Positions 55,481-64,000 of a DNA stretch of 64,000 bases are shown piece by piece. Where the stretch lies: assembly GCA_025603075.1 (NCBI GenBank), contig MU626261.1:249601-313600 (forward strand), in the 5' to 3' direction. A program made the position numbers and the translations under genes. Source of the DNA: Neoconidiobolus thromboides FSU 785 (Eukaryota > Fungi > Entomophthoromycota). The stretch's first letter is position 1. Every line of letters begins with the position of its first letter. The notes beneath the pieces are model-generated. The model was given only the letters and a program-made list of their open reading frames with translations. It did no database searches and had not been told where the DNA came from.

Positions 55481-55563
55481 TGTTTTAGCTTCATCACTTC
55501 ATTTTTTAAGTGCTATTTGAGTGGAAAAATTGGAAAAATTCTTAAACAGAAAAACACATCCCC
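55481..55563 (-). mobile_element. MITE family A, copy 17 (one end truncated)
   Basis: GCTTCATCAC..TTAAGTGCTATTTGAGTGGAAAAATTG..ACACATCCCC ATAT. Confidence 0.82.
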
Positions 55564-55567
55564 ATAT

Positions 55568-56074
55568 CAATAAATGAGAATAATTTTGAAAAATAAACTA
55601 ATTTATTAATATTATTAATAAATATATAAACTGAACAGCCACTTTTATAATATTAAATAATAGCTTAGTATAAGTGGATATGGGTATTGAAGAACAGAAT
55701 AAAATATATTATTGATATATTTAAATTCTTTAATTTTCATTCCATACTTAGTAATATTAATAGCAAATTCAACATAAATAGTTTCAGTAACTAAAACAAT
55801 ATAAATTTGTTAAATAAAGCCTATAGAATTGTTAATACAGCCAATAGCACATCAAGTGGGTACATTGATACTATTAGCTTGAGTAGCTTTAATGTATTTA
55901 TTTAATGAATTTAATGAATTTAAAATTGATCAAACTTTACAACTTCAATGCAAAGCATAATAAATAATTATCAAATAATATAAATTCTATACTTGTATTT
56001 CTAATTCTGTGCATTTTTTTAAATGCTGGATTATTGATAAAGAAGCACCAGGTAGTTATAAATATATAAATCAC
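55568..56074 (-). pseudogene. Possible decayed multi-TM (GPCR-like) gene fragment
   Basis: Hydrophobic segments VIYIFITTWCFFI, IEFILFDNYLLCFAL, PT*CAIGCINNSIGFI*QIYIVLV, IFYSVLQYPYPLILSYYLI, with stops and a frameshift; abuts a MITE. Confidence 0.25.
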
Positions 56075-57418
56075 TATTATTGTTTTATTATATATTTTCT
56101 TTTTATAAATCTTCCACTATTAAAATTTAAAAGTTAATCCATTATGTGGTAACACAAATGCTAGCTGTCTAGGTACTATCTTATATCATCCATTAAATCT
56201 ACTTCACACTATATAAAAATATCTTACTACAACAAGAGAAAAGAACATATTCAAATCGATTTGGGTAAATCTATTATAAAGTTAGAGTATAACTATTATA
56301 AGCTTCCAAAAAGGCAATACCTCCGTCCTTATTTATAATGTGGATAGTCAGTACCATGAATTGATTTTTGTGCACTTTTACATCATTTTTATTTTTAGTC
56401 ATATGGGAAGTTTATTGAAATAGTATTATTTTAAGTGTTATTTTTACTTTCTACGCCAAATAGTTTATGTAAACATATATATCTTCCGTATCCTCGACTG
56501 TCTCGACTATTGTTTTACAATGTGTTGGATGCGCTTTTAAGCAATAGGTTGAATTCTATCTCAATTTAATTTGTCTCTAAATCAATTTATAGTTCTTAAA
56601 TCTAAGTTTGCTCAAGTTTAAGTTCTGGGTTGTATCATTTACATAATAATACAATAAGTGACCAAAAGAGCCAAAAATACAAACAAAAATGTAAACTATA
56701 ATTTAAGTAGAAAAAACAAGTAGCTAGAATTCTAACTTTAAGAATAAATTCAATTTTGAATAAATAATAAAGTCAGGAGTAATAATAAAGATAGACCTCT
56801 TGTACTAAAAATTCGAAAAACCATTATTGAATTGAATTCAAGAAAATAGTACAACTATTTATTCAACAAATCAAATATTATAACATGTAACTTTGAGAAG
56901 ATTGACTTATGAGTAAACTTGTAGCCAACCCCTTACTAAATATAGCAATTTAAATTTGAACTTTCAAGTTCTAATTAGAAGCTGGTAATTAATTGATCTT
57001 AAAAATTTTAATTTTAGAATTTATGAGTTCATAGCTGGAAACTATTCATAACTCTGGTAACACAGTTTATACCATACAAGTTACATTATAAACACTCTTT
57101 AAAGAATCTACTTCATTCTTTCATAATACTGTTAAAGTCCAATATTTACCATAAACTGCGGTTGAAAAACAGAAAAAAGCCTCTATATTGTAGGCTTATT
57201 AATTATAATTATAATAAATATAGTAACATCCACTATAACAAATCTCAAAATTCAAAGGACAACACCATAGTTATTAAAAATTAATACTTAAATTCTACAT
57301 TAAAACTCTAAGATTTATTGACTAATATTAAATTATTTATGAAATCGAAATAAGGTACATGAAGAATAAAAAGATATGCTTTTTAAAATAAGTTAAAGGT
57401 AATATATAATATCCCAAA

Positions 57419-58084
57419 CTAATAATGTACTGAATTCTTACGGTACGAATGACATGGTCGACGGTTATAGGGGGAGGACGAATTCAATCCATTTTGATAT
57501 TTAAATTCAAACGCTGATTGATTGCCTTGGGAGTAAAATTTGTCTTCTGAAATACTACTGATTGAGGACATTCTAGATGAAGATGAAGATGAGGATAAGG
57601 TGTCTATAGTATTAATTAAATGATTAGGTGATGTTGGTAAGTGTAATGAAGTGACTCTTCCCGTTATTCTATCAATGGCTTCTTCTTTTTTATTGTTTAT
57701 AAATTCATTGATCACTTTCATAAACTGAGAATATTGTTGGTCATCTGAAGCACATAGATGTATTATAGGATAGTGGCTTGAAGTTGTAGGTTGTAAAGAT
57801 AGCCTAGAAGCAAAAATAACGATCCCAAAAATGGACTTTTTGTTTGTTGGATCATTGGAGCAACTATCATAAGAAGACAGATCAAACTGATACAAAAACT
57901 TTTTATCGCTTGGAGAATCATAAACCCATAAATAGGGAGCCCTAAACACTATAAATCGTCTTTTCCAGGTACGTGAAAATGCTTGTTTTTTACGGAACAT
58001 CAGATAACCTTCAAATTCTTTGTCTTGACTTATGCTTGAAAGCAATGTGTCATCGCTATCTCTTGAGATGTTTAATTCGACCAT
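57419..58084 (-). CDS. PH-domain protein (likely ATG at 58084)
   Basis: FEGYLMFRKK..TWKRRFIVFRAPYLWVYDS..F.IV..IHLCASDDQQYSQFMKVINEFI, a complete PH pattern; Ser-rich tail. Confidence 0.8.
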   Translation of the reverse strand: MVELNISRDSDDTLLSSISQDKEFEGYLMFRKKQAFSRTWKRRFIVFRAPYLWVYDSPSDKKFLYQFDLSSYDSCSNDPTNKKSIFGIVIFASRLSLQPTTSSHYPIIHLCASDDQQYSQFMKVINEFINNKKEEAIDRITGRVTSLHLPTSPNHLINTIDTLSSSSSSSRMSSISSISEDKFYSQGNQSAFEFKYQNGLNSSSPYNRRPCHSYRKNSVHY

Positions 58085-59622
58085 TTGCGTTTTTTTAAAA
58101 AATTGTAAAAAAGAAAGAAAAGTATTAAGTTGCTTTTGAGCCCAATTGTTGTATTTATTTATCCGAGTTGAACTATTCTTTACCAAGTAACCAAAGCTTA
58201 GAAACTTAGGGAAGAAAATTACCTAATTTAGCTAATCATAAACTGGTTTAAGACAGGTTTTAATTGGTGGTTGCTTGCCAATTGATAATTTTTTCAACTA
58301 TTAATTTAATAAATTTCAGTTTAAGCCAATCAATTCAGAATCAACTTTTGAACTCAACTAATCAGATGCTCCTAATAATCTAGTTATTCTAAGATTATAT
58401 AATTTATTCTTTATACTATATTGATTGTTATTAAAAAATTTCTTCCGCTAAGAAATCAAGCACTAATCCATTGCTATTCCTTAAAAAAGCTACAATTATT
58501 AAGTCATCCTTGCTTTAAGCTCGATATGAGCTTAAAATATTAATCAAACTTTAATAATTTAACTAAAAATGACCAAAAAATTAACTATGGGATTATTAAG
58601 CGGGTTTCTTTTATAAAAAAATAACAGTTTCAATAGTCAAAATGGTCAAACAACTACCTTTTATTTCTTCAATTAATTAAGTCTAAGTTTCTTTAAACTT
58701 CGGTAGTTAAGCACTTAATTACCCCTGTTTCAAATTGCTTGGTTCAAGGAAAAATAAGTGAGACAACTAAAATCAAGTTTTGCTTTTATAAAGAACTTGC
58801 TTTGCTCTTAACATGTGTTGATTAAATTTATTTTTAAATATCCACTTTTTTAAAATGATGAAATTTTCTTAATTTATTATTTAAGTTTCCTTTTTATAAA
58901 AATTAAAAAAAACTACAGCCTTATTCCTTTCTGTTTTACACTTTCTTTATGTTAAATTGAATGGTATTCTTTGTAAAAATATTTAACGGTACTTTAGTTA
59001 AATTATAAAAGAATTTAATTAAGCCGAAACTAATAAAAACAATGTTATAATTTTTTTTATTTTTACTATTTTACAAATTTATGCAATTTAAAAATCTGGA
59101 TTTTCTTCTCGAACTTTTTATTGTAAGAGAAATTATCATATCAAACAAAGATCTTGTTTTAATAAATACGTTAAATCTAGTACCAAAAGCTGTAAATCTC
59201 TTTCTGAGGGATATAAATAGTTTTAGTTTGTTTTGGTACCTTTGTTATATCGACAAATTAGCCCCTTAAGGCCAAAGTTTTTAATAAGATAACCTGGGTT
59301 TTAAAAGCATGATAGGTTAACTTTGAAAATTTTACATTCGAAACTAGCAACTTTTAAACAATATGAGTTTAAAAAAGCAATCTAATTTTAGTTAATCAAT
59401 TTCCTTTGAGTTTTAGATATACAAGATAATGTTAGGTAGGTCCTTAACACCAAAAATAAGGAAAGCAAATTATAACCCATCCATCAACAATATAAAGCTT
59501 GAAAACATATATTTTATGTTTCAAATATATCAAATGATAAAATGCAACTTAAGAGTTATATTGCTTTTCATGATCCTTTGTTGTTAAGTAAGACTTGAGC
59601 TTCTCAAGTAAATAAAAATCTA

Positions 59623-59760
59623 TTAAAGTTTTTCATGTCCTTTCAAAATAATATGTTTAAAAAATAGAAAGGTAATAAAAATCATTGCGGTATAAGGAGT
59701 CATTGGAAGGTAAAGGGTTCTAAATGTCTTAATATAAGCAGTTAAAACAATACCTATATT
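59623..59760 (-). pseudogene. 3'-terminal remnant of a paralogue of the adjacent DHA2 transporter
   Basis: Translates to IVLTAYIKTFRTLYLPMTPYTAMIFITFLFFKHIILKGHEKL*, versus LVLYGYIESFKILYLSMIPYAAIAFITSLFLKHIPVRGHEKS* at 60472-60600. Confidence 0.78.
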
Positions 59761-59817
59761 TGAAATTATTTATAAATTTTTGATATTATTTTATAGAAGC
59801 TTATAAAAGCAATATAT

Positions 59818-59915
59818 GGGAGTGTTTTTTTAACTTCATTACTTTTTCCATTTTTTAAGTACTATTTAAGCGGAAAATTTGTTAGTAAAGTTCTTAAACA
59901 CCAAAATACATCCCC
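59818..59915 (-). mobile_element. MITE family A, copy 18
   Basis: GGGAGTGTTTTT...AATACATCCCC; ATAT/ATAT. Confidence 0.9.
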
Positions 59916-60223
59916 ATATCAACCTCAACTTTTAAACTAACAGTATGAAGGTTGAAATTTATGTCTTTCATGTTAAGAAATGGAACTTTTATCTTGAAAA
60001 CTGATTTGGTTGGTGATATGATATATTATAGCAATTATAAATGAATAAAATGCTTTGTTGAATTTATTTAGAAATAATTGTATTGGTAAGACATTATTGA
60101 ATAATACTACTTTTTAGTTTATTTATAGTAATAATTAAATAATTATAACATTATCTGACCTTATTTAAAAGTATTGTTTTTGCTTTGAATAAAGCTATTA
60201 ATTAGGAAGTGTAGCAACATTTA

Positions 60224-60317
60224 AGGAAATTTTTTGATTTCATTTATTTTTCAACTTCTTAAGTGCTATTGAATGTAAGAACTGTTAATATAATCTTTAA
60301 ACAAAAAATGATACTCT
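60224..60317 (-). mobile_element. MITE family A, copy 19 (old, termini eroded)
   Basis: TTTTTTGATTTCATT..CTTAAGTGCTATTGAATG..TGTTA..CTTTAAACAAAAAAT matches the internal consensus. Confidence 0.6.
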
Positions 60318-60471
60318 GTTTTATTTCATTTGTACTGTATCTTTTTAATAAAATTATTTATTTATTTATTGCTATTTGTTTTTATAAAAGCTCAAAATAA
60401 AGCAAAAATAATACTACTCTTAATATATTTTTATTATACACAAAATTCAAACTTTTAAATAAATAAAACTA

Positions 60472-62088
60472 TCAAGATTTTTCATGTCCTCTCACAGGGA
60501 TATGTTTGAGGAATAGAGAAGTAATAAAAGCAATAGCAGCATAAGGAATCATTGAAAGGTAAAGGATTTTGAATGATTCAATGTAACCATATAAAACTAG
60601 ATCTAATTGGTCTTTAGATAATGAATGAATCGTATTAACCGAGCCCAATATTAATTTTGTATCCATCTCGGGTAATAATTGATGTAATGTACTAGCCAAA
60701 TAATTATTAAAGATAGAACCTTGAATAGCCAAACCAACCAAAGATCCTAAAAGATTGTTAAAGAAAACCAAAGAAGTTGAAACAGCTATATCATCATCCG
60801 TGGAAGCTACTTGTACAATCATAACGTTATTTTGGAAGCATAAGCCAACTCCAAATCCTAAAATTAACGCATATACAATTTCTTCTCCACGTGTAATACT
60901 TAATCTATAAAGGGATCCATAGAGGGCTGCCCCAACAATAAGAAAGATGCCTCCAATGACAGACAAAAAGCGATATTTGCCAGTTTTAGTAGTAATGATA
61001 CCAGTGACAAAATTACAAGCTACGGCACCAAGCATAAGTGGTAATAGCTCTAAACCTGAACTAGTAGCATCATAGTTTTTTACTACTTGGTAATAGATGG
61101 GCAAGTAGTAAACAGATACCATAAACAAAGCACCAATAAAGAAGGCAGATACATTAGCTGAAATAGTATTGCGGTTTAATACTCGACCTGGTATTATAGG
61201 TTCTTTAGCAACTTTAGCTTCAACGTATATAAACAATATTAAAAATAGTCCAGCAAGTACTAAAGTCACAATCACAGGTGCTGAACTCCATTCATATTCA
61301 CTACCGCCCCAGGTAAGTCCAAGTACTAAACATATTGTAAAGCACATCAACGTAATTGCACCATAAAAATCCACTCTACTAAGTTTTTCTTTCATACTAC
61401 CTTTAGGTATTGGTAAGTTCAAGAAAAAGAAAACGATGATAAAAGTGATAGCACATATAGGAACATTAATGTAAAAAGCCCAACGCCAAGTTATTTTATC
61501 TGAAAAAGCACCACCAACCAAAGGTCCTATAACTGATGCGATTGCATATATACCACCTGCGAAAGCAAGGAAAATACCACGTATTCTAGGTGGGATAATA
61601 TCTGATATTATAATGATTGATAGAGAATAGAGGCCACCACCACCCAAACCACTTATAGCACGAAATATAATCAAAGTAATCATGTTTGGGGCAGCTCCAC
61701 AAACAATAGATCCAACAGTAAATATAAATAAAGCAAATAAGACTGTATATTTCCTACCAAATATATCAGATAATTTGCCATATAATGGTTGGATTGCGGT
61801 AGAAGTCAATAGGTATGAACCTGCCACCCAAGTGACCAAGTCTAAGGCACTAAATTCAGACACAATCTTTGCCATTGCTGTAGATATGATTGTGTTATCT
61901 AAAGAAGCTATGAAGATAGACAGTACTAAACCAAAAACCAAGGCCCCTTTTTTAAAGGGAGTCAAGTTATTAATTGGGTCCATAGGGTTTTCGGGACTCG
62001 CTTCTGGGTTCATTTCTGCGATTCCTTTCTTATCTAATTCATAAGGTTTGATATCAAAAGCTTCATTCACCTCGGATTTTTCTATCAT
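60472..62088 (-). CDS. MFS drug:H+ antiporter-2 (DHA2, 14-TM, EmrB/QacA-like), intronless
   Basis: ASLDNTIISTA, PLYGKLSDIFGRK, FRAISGLGGGG, GPLVGGAFSD..WRWAFYINVP, LPIYYQVV. Confidence 0.92.
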   Translation of the reverse strand: MIEKSEVNEAFDIKPYELDKKGIAEMNPEASPENPMDPINNLTPFKKGALVFGLVLSIFIASLDNTIISTAMAKIVSEFSALDLVTWVAGSYLLTSTAIQPLYGKLSDIFGRKYTVLFALFIFTVGSIVCGAAPNMITLIIFRAISGLGGGGLYSLSIIIISDIIPPRIRGIFLAFAGGIYAIASVIGPLVGGAFSDKITWRWAFYINVPICAITFIIVFFFLNLPIPKGSMKEKLSRVDFYGAITLMCFTICLVLGLTWGGSEYEWSSAPVIVTLVLAGLFLILFIYVEAKVAKEPIIPGRVLNRNTISANVSAFFIGALFMVSVYYLPIYYQVVKNYDATSSGLELLPLMLGAVACNFVTGIITTKTGKYRFLSVIGGIFLIVGAALYGSLYRLSITRGEEIVYALILGFGVGLCFQNNVMIVQVASTDDDIAVSTSLVFFNNLLGSLVGLAIQGSIFNNYLASTLHQLLPEMDTKLILGSVNTIHSLSKDQLDLVLYGYIESFKILYLSMIPYAAIAFITSLFLKHIPVRGHEKS

Positions 62089-62695
62089 TTTGAATTTTTT
62101 TTAAAAAAGAAAGATAAAATTTCTTCATTTTATAGTCTACTATTAAGTCATTCAACCTTTAAAATGGATCAAGCGCAGTTTATTATTATAATTAATATAG
62201 TACAAACTCGGAAATAATAGGATTAACATGAGCTTTTTTGTATAAATGTCGGTCTTATATTTATTTAAACTCCCTAATAAATTTTATTTAAGTTGAGGAA
62301 TATTACAATTTTATCGAATCTTATTTGTAGTTAAATGAAGCAAATTTAAACATTTACTAATAAAGATTTAAACAAATTCTTACAATATTTTTTTCTATAA
62401 TGGTATTAAATGAACTTATAAAGATAATTACAAATTTAACAAAAAGCAAAAGTATTCCATATAAATTTTGTCTAACCATTTGAAATTGTTTATCTAATTC
62501 GGCTTTGAAAAATATTCTTTCAATATAGTATTGACATTTTCTGTCTATTGAGTCGCTTTCAAGCTTATATAACTTCATTAATTCAAAGGCCTTTGGAGAA
62601 GTACTTTCTCTTCTCACCTTTATCAAAACAGACCGTTTTATATTGATAACAAAACAAAACTTGGATTAAATTATTTTGATTTCTATATACATTAA

Positions 62696-62877
62696 TTCAC
62701 TTATAGCTTTATGCACTTTTACAAAAAAAATTGTAATAAAAATTTTGCCATTTGGTTGAAGAAAATCTGCGCAATCTCACATAACTCAAGGTTAAATTTT
62801 TTGCATTTATAAGAATGTGCAGATTTTTTTTACACAATGTTCACTTTTTTTTGTAAAGTGCATAAGCCATAGGTGAA
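62696..62877. mobile_element. Second fold-back element (~33-bp outer and ~16-bp inner inverted repeats)
   Basis: TTCACTTATAGCTTTATGCACTTTTACAAAAAAAA / TTTTTTTTGTAAAGTGCATAAGCCATAGGTGAA, plus inner AAAATCTGCGCA / TGTGCAGATTTT. Confidence 0.65.
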
Positions 62878-63370
62878 AATAGTACACATTTTTCACTTTT
62901 ACTAGCATAATGTGTTAATTTTTTGAGTGTCGTTAAATTTTTACTAAAAAGATTAACCTAGCTCATAAATAATTGTACAAACTAGACCTTATTATTTGTG
63001 AATATAACCTGAAAAGATGAAATAATGCTAACAAATCAATTGATTTATCTATGGGAGGGTGCAGAAAAGTTTAATCATCAATTTGATCATTTTCACACAG
63101 TCAAATGATTTACTAACTTTAAACATCTAATGAATAATAATAAAAGGAAAGAGTATTAATATTGGAAGTTAACAATAGCATTGAGTATTAAATGCTTCTA
63201 TACATTCAAATTTAACACTACTTTATGAGGAATAATTACTCTTAGACTTTAGTTTTTGTATAAAAGAAAGTTCTTAAAAGCTCAAGAGCCTTAGTGTTAT
63301 TTAGTACAAACAAAAAGATACTTCCTTTAAGCTATAACTTTGAGGCAAATGATTTATTAGGAAATGAAAA

Positions 63371-64000
63371 TTACACAGCAACAGCAGGATCACTAGGAAT
63401 AGTACCATAATTGGTTAAAGGATCAAAATCATTATTTAGTGCTGGGATTTCAGCATCAGGGATACGAGAATGACATAGCCTAATCTCTTCTCTCCAATCT
63501 GTAGTTAAAACATAATATGCTTCACCAATAGCACAGTAAATCCAAGATACAACTACGCCTACCCATAAACCTAGCAAACCAAGCTCAAACTTAATAGCCA
63601 GGTACCATCCAAGTGGGATAGAAACAAGATAACATCCACTTAATTTGAAAAAAGCACCAATACTTTGTTTTCCTTGACCTCTCAATATTGCTCCAGATAA
63701 AGTAGCAATAGAATAAAAAGTCTAAATAATTAATTGATTAAAGATTCCCAAATTATATATACAATTATATTACCAATCCAAATGACACAACAGCTAGTAT
63801 TTTATCAGCAATTAAATACACTTGCTCATCTCTTGAAAAGAACTGAATGAAATTGGCACGGAAATAAAATAATATAAAATTGAAGAAAAGTCCAAGTACT
63901 ACAGCCAATAGTAATACTACCCTGGCATTTAGTCTAGCTTTGAATAATAAACTAGATCCTAAAAGGTTGCCTACACGAACAGAGGATCCTAAGGCTAAAG
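63371..64000 (-). CDS. MATE-family efflux transporter, 3' part (5' end beyond the window); one intron near 63722-63773
   Basis: LGSSVRVGNLLGS..AR, GAILRGQGKQSIGA..YLVSIPLGWYLA..LGLLGLWVG, TDWREEI. Confidence 0.88.

Noticed and set aside
59081-59269. 62-aa plus-strand ORF with a faint F-box-like look
   Set aside because: Too short and degenerate to support.
61169-62044. Plus-strand ORFs 61169-61366 and 61682-62044
   Set aside because: Antisense to the DHA2 transporter.
62357-62626. 89-aa minus-strand ORF upstream of DHA2
   Set aside because: Non-ATG start, no recognisable domain, no splice support; may be noise or a relic.

Overview
AT-rich eukaryotic genomic DNA from an early-diverging fungus. 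Short ~45-60 nt GT-AG introns, compact genes and Asn/Ile-rich proteins suggest Entomophthoromycotina (Conidiobolus-like); this is inference. About 25 protein-coding genes and one intron-containing tRNA-Ile(UAU) are supported. Compact blocks of housekeeping genes (Cdc4-like, LIM protein, poly(A) polymerase, esterase D, NudCD1, PI4K, kinesin-4, UBE3A-like HECT, AIF, frataxin, two peroxiredoxins, Caf1, SOSS-B) alternate with gene-poor islands. The islands hold ~19 copies of one ~98-bp MITE with GGGG..CCCC termini and a demonstrable 4-bp target-site duplication, two unrelated fold-back elements, decayed genes and intronless accessory genes. Most notable: (1) a secreted protein with an MltA/3D-like (three-Asp) peptidoglycan-lytic fold behind a charged GK/DKE linker; (2) the MITE family with possible Sola-like ends; (3) a 4-nt micro-exon required to build the kinesin P-loop; (4) a MITE-interrupted pseudogene with aerolysin-like beta-hairpin character; (5) a local redox/mitochondrial gene neighbourhood. 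All coordinates were read by hand, so exon boundaries may be off by a few bases.
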